Assembly (NCBI GenBank): GCA_963695875.1
Contig: CAVOID010000014.1
Location: 1-64,000, forward strand
DNA from: an uncultured delta proteobacterium
Lineage (GTDB): Bacteria; Desulfobacterota; Syntrophia; Syntrophales; UBA2185
Length of the DNA: 64,000 bases
Direction: 5' to 3'
Part shown: positions 54,477 to 64,000 of the stretch, one piece after another
Layout: each line of letters begins with the position of its first letter
How positions within the stretch are numbered: the first letter of the stretch is position 1
The notes under the pieces: model-generated
Databases searched by the model: none
Seen by the model: only the letters and a program-made list of their open reading frames with translations
Told to the model about the DNA's origin: nothing
Position numbers and translations under genes: made by a program

Positions 54477-54626
54477 TAGTGCAAACTGCACTATTACTTT
54501 GTACCGCCTCAGCTGCTTCCCGGCTTAGCCGGCTGTTCCGTTGGGGTGCTACCTGCACCCGGTTTCGTACCGCTTCAGCTGCTACCGGGCTTGGCCGGTT
54601 GTTCTTTCTGGATGCCACCTGCATCC
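54477..54626 (-). promoter_or_regulatory. three SECIS-like hairpins, 14-15 nt downstream of each in-frame UGA
   Basis: GGATGC-AGGUG-GCATCC (54626-54610), GGGTGC-AGGUA-GCACCC (54560-54544), TAGTGCA-GUU-TGCACTA (54493-54477). The first two differ by a compensatory A-U to G-C pair. The loop GCAGGU...GCACC resembles the E. coli fdhF SECIS apex. Confidence 0.5.
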
Positions 54627-54748
54627 GGTTTCGTCCCAGTTCAACTGCTGGCCTTTTGCGCACAACCAGACACCATAAGAGCCGAACCGGAAATGAGGGA
54701 GGCCAGGCAGAGCCCTGCAAGAATCTTTTTCAGTTGATCACTGTCCAT
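54491..54748 (-). CDS. candidate selenoprotein: lipoprotein-signal peptide followed by three 22-codon repeats, each containing an in-frame UGA (putative Sec)
   Basis: RBS AAGGAGG + 5 nt + ATG (54748). MDSDQLKKILAGLCLASLISGSALMVSGC AQKASS-UGA-TGTKPDAGGIQKEQPAKPGSS-UGA-SGTKPGAGSTPTEQPAKPGSS-UGA-GGTK-TAA-TAG. UGA codons at 54643-41, 54577-75, 54511-09. Confidence 0.5.
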
Positions 54749-54912
54749 GTTAACCTCCTTAAACGCCAGTCCATCCTTTGCCTGTGTTATTATGAGGAAG
54801 TATTATTGATCCTGTCAAGGAAGATTTCGGTTCCAACAAACTTAGGAAAATGGTCTTGACAAATTGAAAGCTTTTGCATACACTGTAATACAATAATTAC
54901 AAGAGGTGCATC

Positions 54913-55131
54913 ATGAGTACAGCAATATCCATAAGATTACCGGAAGATTTAGCCAAGCAGCTCGACAATATCGCCAAAGAAACAGAGAGGCCTCGTTCCT
55001 TCATCGTACAAAAGGCCCTGGAGTCATACTTGGAGGACTATGCTGATCTCCAGGTGGCTCTTGACAGACTTCACGACAAAGCCGACCCTATCATATCCAG
55101 CAAAAAGATGAGGGAGTCTCTTGGCCTATAA
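54913..55131 (+). CDS. type II antitoxin, RelB/ParD-like ribbon-helix-helix
   Basis: 72-aa ORF MSTAISIRLPEDLAKQLDNIAKETERPRSFIVQKALESYLEDYAD... Confidence 0.7.
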   Translation: MSTAISIRLPEDLAKQLDNIAKETERPRSFIVQKALESYLEDYADLQVALDRLHDKADPIISSKKMRESLGL

Positions 55132-55376
55132 TATCGTTTACAAAAAATCTGTTTCGAGAGATTTGAATAAGCTTGCCAAAGCGGAAGCGGCTCGAATATT
55201 AAATCAAATTGAAAAGGTGCTTTTAAGAATCCCGAATCTTATCTATCCTTAAAAGGTAAATTTGCAGGACTGCGCAAATTCCGTATTGGTGACTATAGAA
55301 TAATATATGCCATATCGCGATATGATGTCATTATTTTCAGAATTGGTCACGGGAAAAGACCATTTAAAAAAGAATG
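55121..55376 (+). CDS. type II toxin RelE/ParE family (one frameshift: cctt versus ccttt near 55247)
   Basis: TTG 55121 overlaps the antitoxin 3' end. MAYNIVYKKSVSRDLNKL...RIPNLIYP / LKGKFAGLRKFRIGDYRIIYAISRYDVIIFRIGHGKRPF. Confidence 0.7.
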
Positions 55377-55458
55377 AAATAGCATGCGGCACTCTGCTGC
55401 ACCGACTCGCCCAAAAACGCGCTCCCGGTTGGCTTTGCATTAGAAGTCTGGAGGCGAG

Positions 55459-56469
55459 GTGAATATCTATATCGATGAATCGGGCTCCTTCGTGAACGCT
55501 TCCAAGGTGGGTGCTTGGAACGCTGTTGCCGCCCTTGCTGTTCCCGAAGCTGCGGACGAGAAGATAGATCAACTTCTTGCCCAACTGAAAATATCAAACG
55601 GGCACGAAGCCGGAAGAGAGACCAAGCTCAACGAGGTAACGGAGGATACATACGTTCAGTTTATTGGAAACTTGGCTGACCTAAACACTGTGGTTTTTTC
55701 CACCGCTACCGATGCAGGCCTAAATACGATTGATAGAGTACTTGAGCACCAACAGCACCAAGTCGAAGAGGTCCTGAGACATATCGACAAGATGAAATAC
55801 GAGGGCGGACGACAAGGCGTACTGCTTGTGGCCTCTCAGTTAGGAAAACTGTCTCCCCAGCTTTATGTACAGTTACTCTGTCAGATTAATCTCATGTTTG
55901 ATGTGGTAAGTAGGGTAATTACTTATTATGTACAGCGCGACCCAGGCACTCTTGCTGAATTTAGGTGGCGGATAGACCAAAAAAACATCTCCCGAACGGA
56001 TTTTGAGGATGCATTTGAGAAACTAAGCCCGCCGCTACTTCAAACAAGATCCATGTCAGAGCCGTTGCTGATGGTCAAAGGTTTCGATTACAGTAGCCTG
56101 AGGCAGTATGAATTCGAAAATGGTAAGGCGCCGGATTACCTCAAGGAAGTCTATGGAATTGAGGTTGGAACTGGTTTAAATATACAGAAAATCATTCGAG
56201 GTAATATCAAGTTCATGGATTCCCAAGATTCACCAGGCATTCAGGCAATAGACTTAGTAGTATCAGGAATCCGTAGGTGTCTTAGAAGACAGTTTTCAGA
56301 TAACGACAAGGCAGCATCCACGCTTGGGAGGCTCATGCTGCAAGCGAAGCACAATGCTCCGCCTCTAAATCTCATCTCCTTCGCCAATGACCGGCCAGTG
56401 ACAATAGAAGTTGAACGGTTGGTGAGAATGATGTCTAGAAATTGTAAAAGTATGATTATGAGGTCTTGA
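55459..56469 (+). CDS. DUF3800-family protein
   Basis: N-terminal NIYIDESGSF motif, characteristic of DUF3800. 336 aa, intact. Confidence 0.65.
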   Translation: MNIYIDESGSFVNASKVGAWNAVAALAVPEAADEKIDQLLAQLKISNGHEAGRETKLNEVTEDTYVQFIGNLADLNTVVFSTATDAGLNTIDRVLEHQQHQVEEVLRHIDKMKYEGGRQGVLLVASQLGKLSPQLYVQLLCQINLMFDVVSRVITYYVQRDPGTLAEFRWRIDQKNISRTDFEDAFEKLSPPLLQTRSMSEPLLMVKGFDYSSLRQYEFENGKAPDYLKEVYGIEVGTGLNIQKIIRGNIKFMDSQDSPGIQAIDLVVSGIRRCLRRQFSDNDKAASTLGRLMLQAKHNAPPLNLISFANDRPVTIEVERLVRMMSRNCKSMIMRS

Positions 56470-56572
56470 GTGGGTCATGGTAAAAAGGATTTTTGACAAC
56501 GGCATTAAGGGCGACGGTAAGAATCCGCCGCGCCTTATGCCAAACGTTAGGCACTGAGAAGGAGGATAAACC

Positions 56573-57187
56573 CTGAAAGTACCGTGGACTGGCAACAAAT
56601 GTATTCTGTGTCTTCGTGAAAACACTCTTTCCGAAGAGCATCTTATACCTGAGGCGCTCGGAGGACAGCTCAAGTGCGAATTCCTCTGCGAATGCTGCAA
56701 CTCAAGACTGGGGTATAATTTGGAAGCTAATGCGAAGTCCGATCCGTCTATTCTTATGGCTGCCAAGATTCTCAGAGACAAAATCCCGGCGTTAGCAGCG
56801 CCCCTGATCGAGAGTCATCCACACGTTGCATATAGCGAACCCGGCCCAGCACAAGGATATATCAAGAATGGTGAGTTCCGTGTAAAATCAGGGAAATTGG
56901 ATGACGGCTCTCTTATCCAACCAACGGACATGGGAAGAAAAACTCTTCTGAGGCTTCTACGGAAATCCGGATGCCAAGAAGCACCCGCTAGGAAAGCAGT
57001 CTCATTATTTGACGAGGCCCCAGAAAACGAGCGAGTAGAGATTGCTCCCGGATTAGAGGTGGTGAAGTGGCGCATTGATCGTTTGGACGTGGACATGAGC
57101 CGGACGCAGATCATGGACCCACTCATTCCAGCCAAAGCAGCCTTCGAATTCCTTTGCTGCCATGTTGGTTCGAGCCATATACGATGA
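56573..57187 (+). CDS. HNH-endonuclease-domain protein (start uncertain)
   Basis: CILCLRENTLSEEHLIPEALGG...CEFLCECCN HNH-like Cys/His cluster. Same frame continues through ORF 56720-57187. RBS GGAGG at 56561; no ATG available (CTG 56573 or frameshifted start). Confidence 0.5.
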   Translation: MKVPWTGNKCILCLRENTLSEEHLIPEALGGQLKCEFLCECCNSRLGYNLEANAKSDPSILMAAKILRDKIPALAAPLIESHPHVAYSEPGPAQGYIKNGEFRVKSGKLDDGSLIQPTDMGRKTLLRLLRKSGCQEAPARKAVSLFDEAPENERVEIAPGLEVVKWRIDRLDVDMSRTQIMDPLIPAKAAFEFLCCHVGSSHIR

Positions 57188-57638
57188 GGGTCTCCATCTG
57201 TCACAAATACGGTTATCCATCATCAACAAACAAATGAATCCAGATGTCTTCAGAGTTGAAAGGCTTACCTGAACAAATACGAGCCTCTGCATGGCATTTG
57301 TTTTGAAGGAAACGACCCTTATGCAAAGGTTCAGATCAGGTTGTTTGGTTGGCTCGCTTTCCGCGTTCACTTCCTGCATTTGTCGATCAGCGGGCCGGGG
57401 TACGCGTATACTCACCGGCTTGATACTGATGAGGAAAGTATTGATGCCGTTAGTGCCTAGTACTTATGTTGATTGGTATGGAATCTCATGGGGATTCCTC
57501 CTTCTGGTATCATTTGGCCTTGCCAGAAACTGACTGTACGATGTTTTAGGAGGAGGCCTTAAATAGTATCAAGGCAATCCACCGGGCGCTCGTTCCTCGC
57601 GCCGGCGATTTTTTCCTTAGCTTGAATGGGGCTGCATA

Positions 57639-57857
57639 GTGCGAAGGTTTTTACGAGTATTTGGTTGGCTTCTATTGGTGTCGGGGCTCTTGCTCTGCCT
57701 TCTGGGCATTGCGAATCTGCCCACCGGAGGCTTGATGTTCGCCCTTCCATTCTTTTTCTTCATTCCAGGATTTGTACTTTTAGTTGGTGGAGGTATCTTG
57801 TTGTTTCTTACACGATTTAAGGTAAGTTCCTCTCCGGGATTAAAAGATGCAAGCTAA
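57639..57857 (+). CDS. small hydrophobic membrane protein (two TM helices), hypothetical
   Basis: 72-aa ORF with GTG start. Strongly hydrophobic; weak coding evidence. Confidence 0.3.
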   Translation: MRRFLRVFGWLLLVSGLLLCLLGIANLPTGGLMFALPFFFFIPGFVLLVGGGILLFLTRFKVSSSPGLKDAS

Positions 57858-57936
57858 GACTTATAAGGCGCTCAACCCAAAACGCGAGAGATGGGGGACG
57901 GGAATTACAGTTAGGAGTATTTCTCCGGATTTTTCG

Positions 57937-58341
57937 TCACTTCTTATACTCCGCTTCTACGGTAATTGAAATCCCCCCGCGAACCGCGAAATCCGCCGTG
58001 ACCTTGCACCACCGGGGCTTCAGCACGGAAACAAGATCGTCAAGAATCACATTGGTCACATGCTCATGGAAGACACCCTCATTGCGATAAGACCACAGAT
58101 ATAATTTCAGAGATTTGGATTCGACAATCCGCTTATCCGGGATGTACTGGATGGTTAGCCAGGCCAGATCAGGCTGCCCCGTAGCCGGGCAGACACAGGT
58201 GAATTCTTCTGTCTGGAGAGTTACAACGTAATCCCTCTCCGGATGACGGTTGGGAAAGGTTTCTAACTTCTTTGTCGGCTTGGAACCTCGACCGAGTAAA
58301 GTCAACCCATTGAGGTCTGATTTTTGCGTCTTTTTTTTCAT
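57937..58341 (-). CDS. queF: NADPH-dependent 7-cyano-7-deazaguanine reductase
   Basis: 134 aa. EFTCVCPATGQPD motif with catalytic Cys; type I QueF length. Confidence 0.9.
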   Translation of the reverse strand: MKKKTQKSDLNGLTLLGRGSKPTKKLETFPNRHPERDYVVTLQTEEFTCVCPATGQPDLAWLTIQYIPDKRIVESKSLKLYLWSYRNEGVFHEHVTNVILDDLVSVLKPRWCKVTADFAVRGGISITVEAEYKK

Positions 58342-58442
58342 GATAGATTTTCTCCTTCTGTGGAACTAAATAACTCCTGGCTTCCCACCTTCAAGACTGT
58401 GCCACAACGTCATTGCGCGGGAGTTGAACTGCCGACAGGCTA

Positions 58443-58505
58443 CTGTCACGATCGAGCGAGGGAACTCTTGAGATTGCCACGCGCCTTACGGTCGCTCGCA
58501 ATGAC
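58443..58505. repeat. REP-like elements (degenerate inverted copy + gagattgcc...cgcaatgaca)
   Basis: tgtcacgatcgagcgagg ... gagattgccacgcgccttacggtcgctcgcaatgaca. Confidence 0.4.
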
Positions 58506-58508
58506 AAA

Positions 58509-59146
58509 TTATGTAATTATCTTCTGTACCCCTGCATAGAAAAAATAAATGGCAAAAAGTATTAGCACAACCGCGCACGTGGCGATGATCCCCCTATACA
58601 GACGGTCGGTGAAAAGATGCCTGCCCTTCCCCACTGCCGTAGAGACCGCTGAATACCATGCAAAATCCGCCAGAATGTGTCCTGTGAAGAAAAAGACGAT
58701 GCCTGCCATGCCATATTGCCAGCTATAAATGACATAACCGAATCCGATTGTCGCCCACCATATTATCCAATAAGGATTAACTATACTTAAAACAGCGCCG
58801 TTTAGTACTATGGAACCACGCGCTTTGATGCTACGGGATTTAATGACATGCTCAACGATGGAAGTGAACGAAACATCCCCACAGCCATCCAGATTAAAAT
58901 AACACCGCCCGATATGGCAACAACAGCAAAGACATCACCACGCTGCAGAAAAGGGGCTATTCCGAACACCAACGCCACCAGAAGGAGGAGTTCCAGAATA
59001 CCGTGTCCAACGATAAGCAGAGGTCCTGCGAAGACTCCTCTTTGCGAGCTTTCACTGATCGTAGCAGTGAGCAAAGGTCCCGGCATCATCGCACCGGAAA
59101 GGGCAATGATAAACGAAGAAAAAAATATAGTAAAAAGTTCCCACAC
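58509..59146 (-). CDS. LysE/RhtB-family amino-acid exporter (one frameshift near 58750)
   Basis: N-terminus MWELFTIFFSSFIIALSGAMMPGPLL (LysE signature). The C-terminal half is in ORF 58509-58709. Confidence 0.75.
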
Positions 59147-59164
59147 GGTTTTTAAATAAATTTC

Positions 59165-59628
59165 TTAGACTCTGACTTTTTTGCAATCAATTTTCTTCAT
59201 TCTCACGCCGTCGCCATAAGGATAATAATTTGGAAGGAATTTTGATTCAGTGTAACCGTGCTTAAGAAAGAATAATTTTGCTCCGTCTCTTCCTTCGAGA
59301 GTTTCTAAAACAATAAATGAAACGCCTGATTTAATCAGGTATTCTTCCATCGCATCCAGGAGAAAACTCCCCGCACCTTTGCTTTTATACTCCGGAAGTA
59401 CTCCAATAGAATATATCCTTCCCTTATATTGACCGTTTCGCAGTCTGTTCCTTAGCGCAATGCCGTATCCGACAACTGATTTATTATCATAGAGCATGAA
59501 AAAGGCAGCATTCGGCGAAGATAGAAAATATCGCAATTGCGATCGTGAGATGCATTCATTTTCTGCAAATATACGCTTTTCAAGTTCATATATTTGGTCA
59601 ATATCAATTTTTGAAGCTGGTATGATAG
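59165..59628 (-). CDS. GNAT-family N-acetyltransferase (start uncertain)
   Basis: GVLPEYKSKGAGSFLL acetyl-CoA binding motif. Reading frame is open upstream to ~59628 with no obvious ATG. Confidence 0.6.
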
Positions 59629-59750
59629 AAGATTGTCAAATTGTTGAACGACTTTTGTTTGAGCATTTATAACACTGCTTATCTTTTTTGATTCCGGATC
59701 TATAAGGTTTACAAATGAAGTTTTCTTAGAAAAACATTTACAATCTCCTA

Positions 59751-60376
59751 TTAAGAGTTAAGACGATGTTTCTTTTCCACTTCCAGGATATCATCCCATA
59801 TCTCATAAACAATCTCCCGGGTCTCATCCGGTGAATCCTGATTGTCAATGACTATATCAGCATATGGGATCTTGTCATCGATGGGCATCTGGGAGGCGAG
59901 CCTCTTCACGGCTTCTTCCCTGCTGTATCCGTTTCTGTCCATTAACCGTTCTATCTGTACCTCAGGAGCTATATATACCAATATAACAATATCTACCTGA
60001 TCCTGCATCCCCACTTCGATAAGGAGAGGCACATCGGATATGACAACTAGCACATGGATCAATTTCATAGATATCATCTATTCTCCGCCTCCATTCCTCG
60101 AAAACTGCGGGGTGAACTATACTGTTGAGTACGGAAAGTTTCTTTTGGTCTGCAAAGACGATCAAACCGAGTTCAACCCTGTTTATTGTCCGGTCCTCGT
60201 TTAGTATGTCCGATCCAAAATAATCCACAATAGCCTTCCATGCAGGCTTGATCCGGTTCCTCCACGAAGTGGGCCAGTTCGTCGAAGTCGATCAGGTAAG
60301 CTCCCCGCTCCTGAAACATCTTCGCCACAGTTGATTTACCGGAGGCGATGCCTCCTGTCAGACCTACATTCAGCAT
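59751..60376 (-). CDS. coaE: dephospho-CoA kinase (two frameshifts)
   Basis: MLNVGLTGGIASGKST Walker A. Homology continues through ORFs 60173-60388, 59962-60228, 59751-60077. Confidence 0.8.
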
Positions 60377-60527
60377 AGTGACACTCAACTTGTTGTAGAC
60401 AATACAGCCTTCCGGTAGAAACCTGGAGGATCCATAATAAGACTGGATTCCCCCGTATCAAGTACGGGGCATGCTTATCAAGGACGGAATGACATTTAAA
60501 AGTTTATTTTAGCGTGTAATGACAAGG

Positions 60528-61293
60528 TCAGCAATTCCGCTTGTAAATAATTCGAAGCCCTTCCAACGTCAGCATCTCATCGACAATGTTAATGCTTTTA
60601 GTTTCAGCAGCGATGATTGTCGCCAGCCCCCCGGTTGCTATAACCTTCGGGTCTGACTTGACTTCTGATTTAATACGATCAACAAGGCCGTCCACGAGAC
60701 CCGCATAACCGAACAATATGCCTGCCTGCATACTGCTTACCGTATCTTTACCGATGACTGATTTCGGCCTGCCTATTTCTACCCTCGGCAGTTTTGCCGT
60801 CTTGTTGAAAAGGGCCTCACTCGCTATCATGATGCCCGGCGATATGCATCCACCCATGTATTCCCCTTTTTTTGATACATAGTCGAAGGTTGTGGCAGTG
60901 CCGAAATCCACAATTATGATATCTCCCCCGTACTTTTCATATGCCGCTACAGCATTGACAATTCGGTCTGCTCCTACTTCTTTCGGGTTATCATACAGAA
61001 TCGGCATCCCGGTTTTAATGCCCGGTTCGACAATAATGGGTTTGACATTAAAATATTTTTTGCAGAGAGGTTCAAGAATGTTGAGCATCGTGGGAACGAC
61101 ACATGAAATAATGATGTCCTTGATGGCCCTCGGTCTGAATCTTGCTGTTTTTGTAAAGATTGTAGATCAACATACCGTACTCATCGACGGTATGATCTAC
61201 AACTGTCCTGATCCTCCAGTCATGGACCAGTTCATCCTGGTCATACAAACCCAAAACCGTATTGGTATTTCCGACATCGATGACTAAAAGCAT
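60528..61293 (-). CDS. coaX: type III pantothenate kinase (one frameshift near 61080)
   Basis: [18 protein letters not shown]-terminus; [11 protein letters not shown]; GGLA. Confidence 0.85.
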
Positions 61294-61294
61294 A

Positions 61295-62092
61295 TCATAT
61301 ATCCTTTACAATTGTCGCATCACCGGCCATGACCCTTCTGATGACATCATTTTCATCAGAGATGATGAGAGCCCCAAAATCGTCAATACCAAGGACTTCT
61401 CCTGCCTGAACATTATCGTTAAACACTACCTGAATGTGCTTCCCGACCATGTCCGAGTATCGAAGCCACATATCCTTTAAGGAACCAAACCCCTCCGTGA
61501 GCAGCCTGGTATATAAATATTCTAAATTATCAAATAATTTTACAGTTAAATCAAGCCGTGAAATTTCACTTCCCGCCTCTTCCTTCAGAGATGTGGCAAT
61601 GTCACGAAACGACTCGTCAAAATCAACTCTTTCTATGTTAACATTAATGCCGATTCCTACGATTATGAAATCCACCCCTTTCGCGGCAGAAGCGCTCATC
61701 TCCGTCAGGATGCCGCAGACCTTTTTGCCCCTGATCTGAACATCATTCGGCCATTTGAGCGTTACATTGTCCGGACAGTAAACCGACAAAAGATCGGCAA
61801 CGGCGACACCTGTCATCAGGGTGATCTGGGGGGCAAAAACGGGATCTATCGCAGGCCTCAATATAATAGAGGTATAAATATTACAGCCGGGGGGTGATTG
61901 CCATTGCCTCTTCAGACGGCCCTTTCCTCTGGTCTGACAATCCGCAATGACGACAGTTCCTTCGGGAACGCCACTGATGGCAAGCTGGAAAGCAACGTCG
62001 TTTGTCGAATCGACTTCCTCGAAAAATTGGATATTGTTTCCTATCCGCTTCCCCGAAAGACGGACAGCCAGGATTCGTTCATTAAATTCCAT
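61295..62092 (-). CDS. birA: biotin--[acetyl-CoA-carboxylase] ligase (class I, no HTH)
   Basis: [14 protein letters not shown] biotin-binding motif; 265 aa, intact. Confidence 0.85.
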   Translation of the reverse strand: MEFNERILAVRLSGKRIGNNIQFFEEVDSTNDVAFQLAISGVPEGTVVIADCQTRGKGRLKRQWQSPPGCNIYTSIILRPAIDPVFAPQITLMTGVAVADLLSVYCPDNVTLKWPNDVQIRGKKVCGILTEMSASAAKGVDFIIVGIGINVNIERVDFDESFRDIATSLKEEAGSEISRLDLTVKLFDNLEYLYTRLLTEGFGSLKDMWLRYSDMVGKHIQVVFNDNVQAGEVLGIDDFGALIISDENDVIRRVMAGDATIVKDI

Positions 62093-62117
62093 CGCATTGA
62101 TTAAACTGGTGGTAACG

Positions 62118-62953
<836 letters not shown>

Positions 62954-63012
62954 GATAAAAGAGACATCCCAATTTTTAAAAAATGAAAGAAAGATTTGAA
63001 AATTTCAACTAG

Positions 63013-63061
63013 GTCATTACGATATGAGATTGCCGCGGAGCTAAAGCTCCTCGCAATGACA
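63013..63061. repeat. REP-like element (gagattgccgcggagc-taaa-gctcctcgcaatgaca) with partial inverted copy
   Basis: Palindromic; located between nadC and valS. Confidence 0.4.
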
Positions 63062-63086
63062 CGAAAAACAATTGTTGATATTCCTT

Positions 63087-64000
63087 TTACCCCATTGCCT
63101 GAAGTCTTTTTAGGGCAGTTTCCAGAACAACCTGCTTCTCTTTGACTTCCCTGAATTTTTCTTCTTCTCTTTCAACTACCGCTTTTGAGGCCTTTGCCAT
63201 GAAATCGCGATTGGCCAGCTTCTTCGAGATTGTCGCCAGATCTTTATTTACCCTGGCCATTTCCTTTTCGAGCCTTGCCTTCTCCCCGGCAATGTCCACC
63301 ACGCCTTCCAGCGACACATATATCCGAATAGGTCCGACAACGCCGGTAGCGGCATTCTTAGGTTCTTCTCCATTACGACTGATGGTCAATGCCTCAAGAT
63401 TGGCCAGATTCATAATGTAACCATTTCCCATTCCAATGATCGCGCCGGATTCATCATCAGGAACAGAGACCATGACCTTTAATTTTTTCGATGGTGCTAT
63501 ATTCATCTCACCCCTGATGTTCCTGATAGAAGTTATTGCATTCATAATAATACTCATTTGTTTCTCTGCAACAAAGTCCTGACAGGTGTCATCCGGTGAG
63601 GGAAATTCACTTATCATAATGGATCTTCCGTCATCCACCATGGTCTGCCATATTTCTTCAGTCACGAAAGGCATGAAGGGATGAAGCAATTTCAAAGAAG
63701 ACTTCATGACATTAAGCAGGGTATGCTGCGCTACACGCCTCTTTGCAGGATCTCCTTTCCCATAAAGTGTCGGTTTGATCAATTCCAGATACCAGTCACA
63801 GAATTCATGCCAGATAAACTGATAAATACTTGAGGCGGCATCATTAAATCGATATTCATCCAGAGCTCTGATAACTTCGGTAACAGTTATGTTCAGTCGA
63901 TGCTTGATCCACCTGTCGGGAAGGGATTCATCGCCTTTATCTACATGAACCTCTTCGGACGGATAATCTTCCAGATTCATGAGGGAAAACCGGGTTGCAT
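63087..64000 (-). CDS. valS: valine--tRNA ligase, C-terminal portion (anticodon-binding + coiled-coil tail); continues beyond window
   Basis: ...WHEFCDWYLELIKP...; C-terminal coiled coil EKFREVKEKQVVLETALKRLQAMG*. Confidence 0.85.
   Translation of the reverse strand, partial: ATRFSLMNLEDYPSEEVHVDKGDESLPDRWIKHRLNITVTEVIRALDEYRFNDAASSIYQFIWHEFCDWYLELIKPTLYGKGDPAKRRVAQHTLLNVMKSSLKLLHPFMPFVTEEIWQTMVDDGRSIMISEFPSPDDTCQDFVAEKQMSIIMNAITSIRNIRGEMNIAPSKKLKVMVSVPDDESGAIIGMGNGYIMNLANLEALTISRNGEEPKNAATGVVGPIRIYVSLEGVVDIAGEKARLEKEMARVNKDLATISKKLANRDFMAKASKAVVEREEEKFREVKEKQVVLETALKRLQAMG

Noticed and set aside
54322-54720. 132-aa minus-strand ORF (frame B) running through the UGA repeats into the rSAM start
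   Set aside because: No RBS or ATG. Translation is Arg-rich and non-protein-like (RNRMQVASRKNNRPSPVAAEAVRNRVQVAPQRNSRL). The overlapping frame A has a strong RBS, a lipoprotein signal and a plausible linker composition. Frame B openness is probably a by-product of the repeat sequence. Only its last 30 codons are kept as an alternative mini-ORF finding.

Overview
This 64-kb window comes from a ~51% GC genome of an anaerobe, probably a syntrophic deltaproteobacterium (Syntrophus-like). The organism call is inferred from gene content and GC, not proven. No rRNA, tRNA or CRISPR array was seen.

Gene order, left to right:
- Nitrogen module: amt (3' part), glnK, glnA, then a flotillin/SPFH protein.
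- Potassium locus: a sigma54-type response regulator and a sensor kinase, then kdpFABC, then an unusual soluble KdpD-N/Usp/PTS-EIIA fusion that has no kinase domain.
- Cell-wall genes: mtgA, a LysM-NlpC/P60 endopeptidase, an OmpA-like lipoprotein.
- Central metabolism: an aconitase-family enzyme and icd, flanked by a RecB-like nuclease and a MaoC dehydratase; then rlmN.
- A pair of family-III CoA-transferases plus an APH/P-loop kinase, and a large dCache/PAS hybrid histidine kinase.
- bamD, trx, an MTA-phosphorylase-like gene, a PduO-type adenosyltransferase, paaK, rubrerythrin, mobA.
- Two paralogous acd-etfB-etfA modules. The first follows a TetR regulator and carries fixCX.
- A ~10-kb accessory island (~47.4-57.9 kb): DUF429, three secreted proteins including an ankyrin-TPR-PDZ lipoprotein, a radical SAM/SPASM enzyme, RelBE, DUF3800, HNH.
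- Housekeeping genes to the end: queF, lysE, GNAT, coaE, coaX, birA, nadC, valS (3' part).

Most interesting locus: directly upstream of the radical SAM/SPASM gene is a lipoprotein-signal ORF. It carries three in-frame UGA codons at the same position of a 66-nt tandem repeat, and each UGA is followed by a SECIS-like hairpin. This is a candidate multi-selenocysteine peptide paired with its maturase.

Two short intergenic repeat families are present: a ~120-bp hairpin + Shine-Dalgarno + mini-ORF module (2 copies), and REP-like GAGATTGCC...CGCAATGACA palindromes (at least 5 sites).

Caveat on apparent pseudogenes: very many ORFs are split by single-base indels. The two cases checked are homopolymer deletions (ccc to cc in kdpA; ttt to tt in relE). 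These are best read as assembly errors, not real pseudogenes.
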